From contig OX597817.1 of NCBI GenBank assembly GCA_951406725.2, forward strand, positions 124,868,001-124,932,000: 64,000 bases of DNA, read 5' to 3'. Both the position numbers and the translations under genes were made by a program. Shown here in pieces: positions 41,232 through 52,529 of this stretch (within the stretch, counting starts at the first letter, position 1; every line of letters starts with the position of its first letter). The notes below the pieces were generated by a model. It was not told the DNA's origin. It ran no database searches and saw nothing but the letters and a program-made list of their open reading frames with translations. The DNA comes from Octopus vulgaris (taxonomy: Eukaryota).

Positions 41232-41387
41232 CTCTAAGGTTCATGTCAGATGGCAGGAATTTTGAAATGTCTCTCAAGAAGGCACTTAAATCTATTAGTT
41301 TATGTTTACCAGTTCTTTTTGGAAAATAACTGTTATGAAAATACTGTTTTATCCAAGGGAAACCACATGTATTTATCAATGCAAAAC
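41232..41387 (-). CDS. Candidate 156-bp internal coding exon (phase 1-1)
   Basis: Acceptor tatactttactcag|G and donor AG|gtatga. Open as FALINTCGFPWIKQYFHNSYFPKRTGKHKLIDLSAFLRDISKFLPSDMNLR. Product unknown. Confidence 0.4.
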
Positions 41388-41911
41388 CTGAGTAAAGTAT
41401 AGTTATAGGGATCATTGTAATTTTTAGAAACATTAAAATAAACAAATGACATCTATTTCTTCTCTCAGTTTTTATGAATTTCAAGTATGGGACAGTATTA
41501 GCAGGTATCAGAAACCTTAATAAGTATTTTGTTGCATCTCTTCCAGAGTGTTCTCATCATTGGAAAATGTTTGCTTTATTGAAATATTTTCAGTTGAAGA
41601 ATACAATAGCTTAATGGTAAATACCAAAGTGCTATTTAGCTACAAAAAGTCCCAACATAACAAGTTATTTGGAAGGTGGATCCTAGTTCTATGTAGGTAA
41701 AGAGTAGGTTATAACTTGAAATATACTCAGTGCAAATTAAAGGCAAAGAGAAGCATTGATCTTTTGTGTATTCAGAGAGAACCAAGACATAAAAAATGCA
41801 TTAGGTAGACAGGATAAGTTAGTCATAGGCACCTCTCAAGAACTATTTGACTATTCTATTCATAAAATATATATTTGACAGTTCTCTCCAAATAGGTGAT
41901 CTACTAATTAA

Positions 41912-42132
41912 GCTTTTAGCATTCACATTAATCTGTCAAAAGCAATGCTTATTTATTCTCATTGTTTTAAATTAATCATACACTTATCATGCAGCTCCAG
42001 ATTTTGATGATGATATTGTATACTTTTGGTATGACATAGTAGGATAAGTGTGACAGACTGTATTTGGCCTGTTTGAACATAAGGACAAATAGAATATTTG
42101 GGTTAGACATGGCTGGTTTAAATGCTACAGGG
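41912..42132. mobile_element. Degenerate piggyBac-type MITE
   Basis: ttaa-gcttttagcatt ... aatgctacaggg-ttag (TTAA-CCCTTTAGCATT-type ends). Confidence 0.55.
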
Positions 42133-42726
42133 TTAGTAAATTAGTTGAGAGGGCTGTTGCCAACAAAGAGTGCAGCCATGGCTGTGAGATTAGGAAATTT
42201 GCTTCATAATAATAATGTAGTTCTATAGTTGACCCAATTGCACAATAATCTTGGCAAATGTCTTCTATCATACTTTTAGATTGTGTAAGTGAAATTGCGC
42301 TAATGTAACCATTCAATGATTTGCACATATTCTTGGGTGTTACACTTAATCATTTGCTTCTTTTCAAACCACAACATGGATTTTAAGTGACTTCATCAGA
42401 ATCCATTCTATTGCAAGTATTTGAGCCACCTTTCTGTTTGAAAATAATTTGATATCCAAACACACTGCTGTCTACCTTTCTCCACTAATCTCAGAGGAAT
42501 TTTAAACAATAATCATATGCACTGCCTCCTTTCTCTGACTAACCCATTAAAAAGCAAAACAATTAATGTATTTCTTTGAAACTTTGCAAGAAGAATAATT
42601 AGAGCAATTAAATTATAAATTATAAGAAAGCATGTTTAATATTATCATAAAAATCACAAAGGGTTTATAACACCTAAATAGGACAATTAAAGGATTGTCA
42701 TTTTTAAAACTTTCAAAGGATTATTA

Positions 42727-42897
42727 TGAGAGGATGCTTAAAGTTCCTGGCTTTGGGTAAAAGAAAATACAGGAGGATCAGTTAACTATGATTTTATTTA
42801 ACATTTTCTAAGCCCTGTAAAAGAACTCAAAAATTTGGGCCTCCAACTAGGCCTTTCACAATAGCCATAAAGCCAGGAACTTTTCATCATCCCTTCA
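42727..42897 (-). mobile_element. Mariner-derived MITE, copy 3 (internal deletion)
   Basis: TA-tgagaggatgcttaaagttcctggcttt ... aaagccaggaacttttcatcatcccttca-TA. Confidence 0.8.
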
Positions 42898-43369
42898 TAT
42901 TTTTTGTGTGGTTAGAACCACATCTGTCATTTCTGTCAAATGTTTATGTATCAGTTACTGTCGAGAATAAAACAATTAATGTATGAAAAAATTCACATAA
43001 CAAAATAACAAACCATCAGACATATGAGTCAATTTATCTTATAAATAAATCAGTGTGGGTGTTAATTATAAGAAATTATGAGAAATTCTATCTTTACTTG
43101 CTACATGAGGAGTTCTCACTTTTGAAACTTTGTCTCTTGATGTAACTTGACATCAGGTAGCATAAAAATATTAAATTCTTAAATTCTAAATCTTTAAAAC
43201 ATATATCTGTAGTTGTGGGGATATAACATTTTAGGCTATGAGAAAAACTTTGTTTATACATATACAATGGAGTGTTTGGGTTAAATTTTGCGTTTTGCAT
43301 AAAAAGAAAAGAAAGCACACTCCCATCCAAAAGAGAAGCATTTTAAAAATTCAAAAATTATTACCTAAA

Positions 43370-43900
43370 TTATGTTGGGAGATAACAGTTTATTCAAAGT
43401 AGCCTGTGTCAACTTTCATCGTGACTTCAAGATGGTTTCAGATCCTGGTGCCTACTTTCCTCACTGTGTCTCTGGGAAGATCTTCAAATGCCTCTTTGAT
43501 CCTGGCAACCAGGTAAGTTCTGGTGTTGCAGGCAGAGTGGTTGGTGGCTTTCTCAACCATACCACACACATAGTAATCCATAGGAATACAATCAGAGAAA
43601 CTAGGAGGCCAGAAATTGGTGCTGGTGAAGTCATAGAAATTCTCCAACAACCACTTTTGACTCTTTCTGAAGGTATGGCAAGAAGCTGAATCCTGTGGCC
43701 AGACAGACCATTCCAGCAGCAACCCTCTCCAGCCAGTGTTTGACCAAAGTCTCCTGCAGCTTCACATATATGTCAGAACTGAGCCTAAACCTCTGTTCAA
43801 AGATGGTGGGAGCATGACATCACCCACACTAGAGACTCACCCACATACCATTAAAGTTTCGGGGGAACTTGGTTTTCGTGATGTCCATGTCATGTTTTAC
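43370..43900 (-). mobile_element. maT (DD37D) transposase remnant
   Basis: ORF 43438-43722 reads QDSASCH...FWPPSFSDCIPMDYYV, with 37 residues between the last two catalytic Asp. Confidence 0.85.
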
Positions 43901-43980
43901 AGCCTCTACAGTATTCACAGACCATTGAGTAGCAGTCATGATTTTGGCATATTGATACCCAACATAAGTCATCATGATAC

Positions 43981-44340
43981 AGGGTACACTTCCCTAAGAT
44001 GTCTTTCAGTCTTCCATGTCAGCAAACTTTTACTCAAATACAACTTTAATATTCAGGCTCTGCAATGCCATTGACTATTCACCAATAAAACAAACTATTC
44101 CAGAAAAAAGGAGACATAAAGAATCATCATATTTAGCCCAAAGACCTTGTATATTTTGACAGGGTACACTTCCCTAAGATGTCTTTCAGTCTTCCATGTC
44201 AGCAAACTTTTACTCAAATACAACTTTAATATTCAGGCTCTGCAATGCCATTGACTATTCACCAATAAAACAAACTATTCCAGAAAAAAGGAGACATAAA
44301 GAATCATCATATTTAGCCCAAAGACCTTGTATATTTTGAC
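43981..44340. repeat. Perfect 180-bp tandem duplication
   Basis: 43981-44160 is base-for-base identical to 44161-44340. Confidence 0.97.
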
Positions 44341-44419
44341 TAGTTTAATCCTCTGTTCATCACTGGCGGTATTACCCATGGCTGAATTCATAGAACTTAG
44401 AATATCTATTTCTATTTAA

Positions 44420-44640
44420 CCCTTTTGATACCAACTCACCTGAAACTGCCTCTGGCTCTGTTGGACAAATGTCTTTTTTTCAAAAGTTCTGAATTAAAAC
44501 CATCCACCAAAACCTTAGTCCCAGTTTATGTTCCTAACACTAGCTTAATGATAATGAAGTTATTTTACTAAATTCTTTGTTATATTTGAAATTAATTGAA
44601 AGAAACAGAGCATCTCAGCAGAAATAAGGTAACAAAAAGG
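44420..44640. mobile_element. piggyBac-type MITE
   Basis: TTAA-cccttttgatacc ... ggtaacaaaaagg-TTAA. Confidence 0.8.
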
Positions 44641-47600
44641 TTAAAAGTTAGTAATGGAGTAAAAATGAATAACACAGACTCAAATGCTATATTGAACACT
44701 TTTGCAAAAGTGAAAGCTTTTAAGGCTTCCAGAGCTATTAGTTTATTTTAGGTATACATCACCATAAATAAACTAATCTATTTAATCAAAAAACTTTAAA
44801 GAATACATAGCAAGTCAAGAATCTTATTTACACTATCAAAATGATATCTATTTTTACATGTTATATTGCTTCAGTTTTTTTTCCTTACCTTAATGATATC
44901 ATTAGGCGTACCTTTTGTTATAATTATAGTACTTTCTCAGTCACCATTTGGAATGTCAATGTGCCAAATGTGATGAGAGAACTATAGCTTAGGTTAATCT
45001 CAATGCAGATAAATATTTAATAACTTTTGAGGTAGATAGTGAAAGTTTTTGAAGTGTTTACCAGTCTATCATCACATGTCCATTATCAGAAACTGTGCCT
45101 TTGCATTAAATTTTTACATTATAGTTTAGAGAATGAGCTAGAATAAACTTGTTGATTAGACTTGTTTTAATCTCTTTGACTGCTGGTTTCTGACTATGTG
45201 CTAAAGATAAGAAATAATATCTTCTCACAAGCACTATCAAAAGTGTTTACTGCTTTTGGATGTTGAATTACTGCTGTTCACTAGGATTATGACAAATGTA
45301 GTTTTATAAGTTATTCTGGTTCAAGATTTGAAAATGAAGCCTAAAATATACAGTGAAAAATATTCTAGCTATAGACATTAATTGTGGCAAAGCTATTTTT
45401 AATATTTGGTCAGTATTTATATTATAATTCTCTTTTTTATAAATTTTGATATTACATAACTGTTTTCTTATATGCTGAATAATTTTGATGATATTTTATT
45501 AGTTTACTTTCAATATCGCAATATAATTCGATTTTTGAATTCCATCTTTCTCACATTTAATGTTTAATTAAAGTGTGCAGAAAGTTTCTTTACATTTTTC
45601 AGTACTCATTTATGTCTGAAATACTCCACACTTTACTGAGTTATCCTAAAGAAAACATATTTAGGATAGAGGGAAACATGTCATCATTGTTAATGTCATC
45701 AACATCATTGTTTTATGTCTATGGCTGGATGGTTTGACAGGATCCAATGCATCAGAGGATCTTATCCTGTTCCAATTTTTCAATTTTGGCAGGGTTTCTT
45801 TGGCTGAATGTCCTCGTTAATACTTTTCAGTTTACAGAGTGTAGTGGGTGCTTTTTTTGTGGCACCAGTAATGGTGAAGGGTCACTTTGTAGCTTACACC
45901 AAGACAGCTACCATGATGAATGGAACAAATATTTTTTTTTGTAGTAAGAGAAATGTAATGGAGAGGATTTCAGAGACAAGAGTTTTTGGGAGTGCCATGG
46001 TAAAGACAGAGAGAGAAACTGGAATAGTAATGTCAAGGTTCAGTGTGGAAGGGAAGGGGTGGGGGACAAAGTGGGGATGGCAATGGAGGTAGATCGAGTA
46101 GGTGGACAAGTGTTGGGATAGTTTAGTCCACTTGTCATTTCTGCATGAGTTGGATGGTTTGTCAGATTCAAAGTTAATTTTTATTGCAGTTATACAAGGT
46201 TTATTGCTAAGTGAGGGTGGTAGGAGGCAGATGTTTTTCAAACACTGATGAAATTTGTTTAAATTATAAATTATAGCATTGAAGATGACCTGCAGCTTAT
46301 TCTACATATTGAGGTATTTGCAGCCTTGAACTAAAGCTCCTAATCTGTCTTAGGTTAAGGTTAGATATACTTTCATATAGGAAATAATATGTGAAGCATA
46401 TTTCAGAATGTGATGTTGCATTATAGTTAAATGTGGAATTGAATGGATATTTAATTGTGAGAAGTGAGAAAAAATTGGAAGTAATTGGAAATATGTATGA
46501 TCTATTTGATGTGCAATATTAACTTCAATAATATCTAGTGCTGGGTAAACTGAGAGAGTGGTTGAAAAGTAATGAAATTAGCTAGTGTCTCCTGGAGAAA
46601 TGACTGCTTGTATGAATGTGTAATAGAAGTGAACAACGAGTGCTGGGCGAAATGAATGTTATGTTCTGGCACTGGAAGGTACCTGTTGTAAAAAGAAGAC
46701 AAAAGAAGGCATTGGCAAAGTGGTGAGATTAGACATCAGGATGTTGGGCTCCACAAACAAGTTAGTACATGATCACAAAAAGCGATATTACCCTGAATGG
46801 CAATTTTGTCCAGCAGCCCATACAAGCATGGAAAAGCAACAGACATTAAACAGATAGTGATGTTGATGATGATTGGTGAATCAAAGATTTTGCAACATTA
46901 GTTCTGGAATTACCATTGTAAAGTAATTCAATAGTCTATTGATAAGACAATGCTAAGAGGTATTATATTACACACACACACACACATACACGTGTGCACA
47001 CACACACATAACATACACACAAAATATACATACACACACATGAAAAAAGATTGCTTAATACTGCAAAATCTTTCTAAGACACTCAAATAATGTTATTCAA
47101 ACATCTGATTCATAATTACATCTTTTTAAAAAGGTCTCCACCAATATAATGGTATTCAAAATTATTTTTATAACAATGCACCATTGAAATTTCCCATAAT
47201 ACTATAATGCAAATCAACTATCTTGTAATCTAATACTATTCAAAGCTTACCCATCTGTGTCAAGTTATTTCAATGACTAATAACATAATATCCAGTTATG
47301 CTTCAATGATAGAACAATGCTTAATATGATAATCACATAACCCACGAATTCTCTCAAAACCCCGAGAATATGTATGACTATAAAGTCTTATTATTTCCTT
47401 GACCTTCTATACACTTTAACATTTTGAATAAGTACTTACAAAGTAAAATGAAAAGAATTATAGAACTGAAGGTGTAAAACCTATTTGTAAGTTCTCATTC
47501 CAATACTCCTGAGCAAGGGACCTAATTTTGATTGCTCCAGTTCACTTGATTGTTGAAATTAGGTTCTACTTCTTATTTCATATATATTTATTAACTGTGT

Positions 47601-48230
47601 TTCATCAGATTATTAAAGAAATTCCACCATCCCTGCCATTGACCACAAAACAATTCATCCTAATCATGTGAAACTCATGAAAAAGATGCAAATATACAAA
47701 ATTAAATAAATAAATTGTTTATAAAAATTATATGGTAAACAAAATGTTCCTGCTAGAAATTTTGTAGACATCAGAGTGAGAAATGTATATATACTTTATA
47801 GAATTAGATACTAAAGATATCCTTTTCCAATATCTTGAAGACATATTGACACTTTGTTGTTTATTTCAGTTACCCTTTTTTTAATTATTGTACACAATTG
47901 TGACAAGTTAACATATATATATCTGTATATTGAACTATATATTCTAACATTCAAAAAATATTATATTGTGATCAAGTTCATTCTTCTCAACTTTGCAATA
48001 GTTATCATGAACTCAGCCAAATGAACAGATATCTGAATATTGCCTATTGAGATTGCAATGTTTTTCTCTACTAAACTAAACACTTCATTATACAGTGTAC
48101 TAGTGTTTTGAATAATCATTCACTCTAGTGTAGGTTGAAACATATTTTTTTATCTTTTTACTTTTGTATTACTTCAGCTATTAGATTGCTGCCATGCTGG
48201 GTAACCACCTTGAACAAACCAACGCAAGTA

Positions 48231-48792
48231 TTGGGTTGTTCAGAAAGTTTGTGCCAATAGTAGCTTACATTTCAACTTATTTTAGAACACGGTTGAGTCC
48301 ATAAAATAGGACTTGATTACACCTCCATTTAGAGCACAGTTTAAGCTATCTTTTCGTGGAAGAAGGTTTATGTTCCTATAACCTGTGTTAATTCTATTAC
48401 ACTTTATAATGGAAGATGAGAAAGTTCATTTTCGGCACTTGATGCTTTGGGAACCAGACAAAAATTGCTGCAGCTTGGCTGGGATGTGTTACCTCATCCT
48501 CCATATTCACCAGATATTGCTCCTTCAGATTTCCACTTATTCAGGTCTCTGCAGAATAGTCTTAATGGTAAAAATTTCAATTCCTTGGATGATGTAAAAA
48601 GATACCTTGATGAATTATTTGCCATGAAACCACCTCAATTCTGGAAGGAGGGTATTTTCAAGTTAAAGGTAAGTTGGAGACGCATTGTGCTACAAAATGG
48701 TTCATATTTGGTTGATCAAAAATGTAATGGCAAGTATTTATTGACCTTTTTCTTCTCTTTAGAAATCGGCACAAACTTTCTGGACAACCCAA
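48231..48792 (+). mobile_element. Internally deleted mariner with TIRs and TA TSD, nested in a family A SINE tail
   Basis: TA-ttgggttgttcagaaagttt ... aaactttctggacaacccaa-TA. MEDEKVHFRHLMLWE is joined directly to TRQKLLQLGWDVLPHPPYSPDIAPSD. Confidence 0.93.
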
Positions 48793-49399
48793 TATTTATT
48801 TTCAGTCCGGTATTTATTATATTCCTTTCTTTAAGCTGCACCACTAAAACATGAAGGTATAAATGAACCAGTACCAGTTGTCAAGTGGTGGTCGTGGCTG
48901 GAAAAGGACAAACACAAAGATGTGCACGCACACACACACAAACATACATAGGTACATATATACATACACCCATAGATGCATGCATAGATGCATTCATGTA
49001 TAAACAAGTTTGAAGGGTTTGTTCTGAAATTATTTACTTATAGCATCCATACCTGTGTATCATTGAAGATTGCAATTGCAGATTGCATAAGTCATCTTTG
49101 ATATAATTATTACATTTTCACATCATCAGAGCATATTTCAATATTGCTTTTCTGTTTATTTTGTAATCTTTATAACTATAGAAACCAACAAGCTAAAAAT
49201 TTCAACTAAGTTACATGAATTCTCTTCAAAGCTTTCTCTCTCCATGCATAAAAGAACATATTGGATTTCTATGTACTGTTCATATGTCATATATCTTACT
49301 TCAGTCTGTGAAGATATACATATATCTATATACAATGGGCTTTCACATACAAGCCATTGGTCAGTCCAGCACTTTAATAGAAGTCACTTACTCAAAGTA

Positions 49400-49580
49400 C
49401 CAATTTCTTTACTACCCACAAGGGGCTAAACACAGAGAGGTCAAACAAGGACAGACAAACAGATTAAGTCGATTACATCGACCCCAGTGCATAACTGGTA
49501 CTTGATTTATCGACCCCGAAAGGATGAAAGGCAAAGTTGACCTAGGCGGAATTTGAACTCAGAACATAATGGCAGACGTA
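49400..49580 (-). mobile_element. SINE family B copy
   Basis: ggtacttgatttatcgaccccgaaaggatgaaaggcaaagttgacc...atttgaactc; close homolog of 62714-62946. Confidence 0.85.
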
Positions 49581-49810
49581 AGAGAAATCAAATGCAGCAT
49601 GCAAGAGAGGAGACTACGTTGGTTTGGACATGTGATGTGTATGAATGAAGACAGATGTATAAAGAAGTGCTGATCACTGAGAGTGGTTGGAACCTATAGA
49701 AGGCATGGGATGAAGTGGTGAGGATTGATCTCAGCATGTTGGGACTCACAGATGAAATGACACTGGACTGAGATGTGTGGTGATATGAGGTTGTAGAGAA
49801 GACCCATCCA
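49581..49810 (+). mobile_element. RTE LINE C-terminal fragment
   Basis: Translates as QERRLRWFGHVMCMNEDRCIKKC. Confidence 0.75.
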
Positions 49811-50927
49811 TGTTAGTGAATCTGAGGTCTACAAGCATTGTGTCCCATAATAAAACTTTCACACACTCTAACTTAACAAACCAAACTACATCCCGTCTTT
49901 CCTTCCCAAACTGTTTCTCTTCTCTTCTTTACATTTCCTGTTCATACACTATTATTATCTCTCGTTTCCCAAATGTGTTACTGTGTAACACTTTTAAATG
50001 CACAACATTCTCAGTTATAGATTTGAAAGGAAGGAAAGGAGATTACTGTATAAGGCTTCTTAGATCATAAAATATTCTTCATTGAATATCCCATACATAC
50101 TTAGGCATTAAGCTTTTCTGTAGTCGTTAAGCCTTTCAATAGAATGATAGATTGCGATACACCAAAAGTTTCCATCATGTTATCATAAGCATTGTGAGAA
50201 GAACCTCTGCAAGTACATTAGTTTTCGTTCAAGTTCCACTTAAATCCACCTTTCTGCCATGGTACTCTTAAGTAGCCTTTTTCAGATGCTTTGTGCCCAA
50301 GATAATGTGGAATCTGATGATTGCTAAGAAATTTAAAAACTATAGTCATCCCGAAGCTTGTGCCATTTTATCAAAAACGTATGATGTACCACCAAGATTC
50401 ATTCAGAGCATAAAACAATATAACTCTTAAGCATAGAAGTAAATATTAACATATAGATTGTTTTAATTTCCATGAAGTGTTCAGAGCAAAGAGTTTTCTA
50501 AAGACATTACACAAGAAACTATCGTTAAAGATGATGGTTGTAGTGAATGTTATTCCCATTTCTTTTATTATTGTTGTCATGCTACCCTTTGAGCATAAAT
50601 TATTATTCTTCTTTATTTTGATTGAACAGCTTACAAACATCATAGATACATATATATACACATTATATTTTATATATATATATTAATAAATCTTAGGGTA
50701 GCAAAAAAAAAATTATAGAAAATGTTTTTGCTACCAGCAGTCTAGCGAGAAGGAAAGAATAGTCAATAGACTATATATTATTCATAGAAAAATACAGTGT
50801 ACATTCAACCACTTAAGAGATGGCCATAACAGAACATCTGACTCACTAGAAAGAGCAGTTAAACTCCAAGCCGCTAATAGTTATAATTTTGAAAGGGAAT
50901 GAAAAATATAAACATTTACCCTATCTT

Positions 50928-51014
50928 TCCTGGACTATGCATAGTTTCGGCAATCTTTTGCAAATAAAATATAATAATTTTAATTTACAACTGGTGTTGC
51001 CATCTTCAGTAGGA
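50928..51014 (-). ncRNA. Type I hammerhead ribozyme motif with extended helix II and 12-nt palindromic helix III
   Basis: Minus strand reads tcct-a-CTGAAGA-t-ggcaa-[AT-rich hairpin]-ttgcc-GAAAC-tatgcata-GTC-c-agga. Confidence 0.78.
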
Positions 51015-51842
51015 GGCCAAGGCTCACATATTGATACAAGGCGATAAAGAACATGCCTCATGTTTATATGTTATAACTCTATATATATACACACACACTT
51101 ACACATAGAAAACAGAAGTTAAATGATAATAATGTGATATACATATACTTACATACACATATACATATGTACACACACACACGTGCATGCACACAACCAT
51201 ATACACACATGCATATAATACTCTGCTGTCATGAGTAAAGATAAATAAAGTATCGTAATAACAGGAAAATCAAATTCATAGTTAAATGGAATTAGCGGAG
51301 AAAAACAGAAGCATTGCTATCATGCTGAAGACACAAGGAGAATAAGTACAAGAACATCTCACCGACGAAATGAAACATAGTTGTAGATAAAGTACTGTAT
51401 TGTCAAAATAAAAAAAAACAGGAATGCAGGTAATCTAGATGATCACTACACCTGTTATAAGGGATTTAGGATTGTGCAGTTCAGCTCAAAATTTTAACAT
51501 TTTACTTGCATGCAATATCTGCTTTCACAGTGTCTTGTATGGCAGCCTTTATATCTTGAATGTATTTGTGTTTTTGATTTTTTAATTTCTATCATTAGAA
51601 ATACTTCTCTGGAAAGCTGTTATCAGCTAGCACTTTATGTCATGCATTTCAGCTGATTGCTATTTCCAGTGGATTGTTTTAGTTCTGCTCTGATTTCCAA
51701 GCTCAGAAGCTGTCAGCGTTTAAGTTCGGAAGGTTTGTTTGATTATTGAATGAAAGCACTATCTGCACTGAGGTTGTTTTTGCCTTGTGATGCACTTTCT
51801 GATTGACACTCCAGCAAATTAAATGTATTTTTTTTATTTACA

Positions 51843-52060
51843 CATGGGTGTGCAAAAAAGTTCTGGGCTTTAAGGGTATCACAAAAGGTCAGGTTGGATG
51901 CCCAACCTTTCTGAGTTCTTTTACAGGGCTTAGAAAAACTGAAAGACAGCTGCAATAACTGTGTGAATCTGAGAGAGGAATATATTGAATAAAACCATAA
52001 TTAACTGATTCTCTTGTATTTTCTTTTATTGAAAGCCAGGAACTTTTCAGCACTACTTTG
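51843..52060 (+). mobile_element. Mariner-derived MITE, copy 4
   Basis: aaaagttctgggcttt ... aaagccaggaacttttcagca; homologous to 30744-30960. Confidence 0.8.
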
Positions 52061-52070
52061 TGTGCATTGT

Positions 52071-52078
52071 ATATCTAC

Positions 52079-52175
<97 letters not shown>

Positions 52176-52176
52176 C

Positions 52177-52241
<65 letters not shown>

Positions 52242-52269
52242 CCTATCTATCTATCTATCTATCTATCTA

Positions 52270-52325
<56 letters not shown>

Positions 52326-52375
52326 TGTATCTATCTATGTATCTATCTATCTGTCTGTCTGTCTGTCTATCTATC

Positions 52376-52450
<75 letters not shown>

Positions 52451-52498
52451 AATCTATCTATCTATGTATCTATCTAACTATCTGTCTGTCTGTCTGTC

Positions 52499-52529
<31 letters not shown>
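52071..52529. repeat. (TCTA)n/(TCTG)n tetranucleotide array followed by (TA)n
   Basis: About 430 bp of GATA/GACA-type repeat; source of the IYLS ORFs. Confidence 0.97.

Noticed and set aside
50100-50650. Coding-like minus-strand stretch
   Set aside because: Frames hit stops and no motif was recognised; possibly a very old transposon.
51355-51392. CCGACGA-aat-GAAAC...GTA hammerhead-like string
   Set aside because: No helix II, and helix I does not pair in register.
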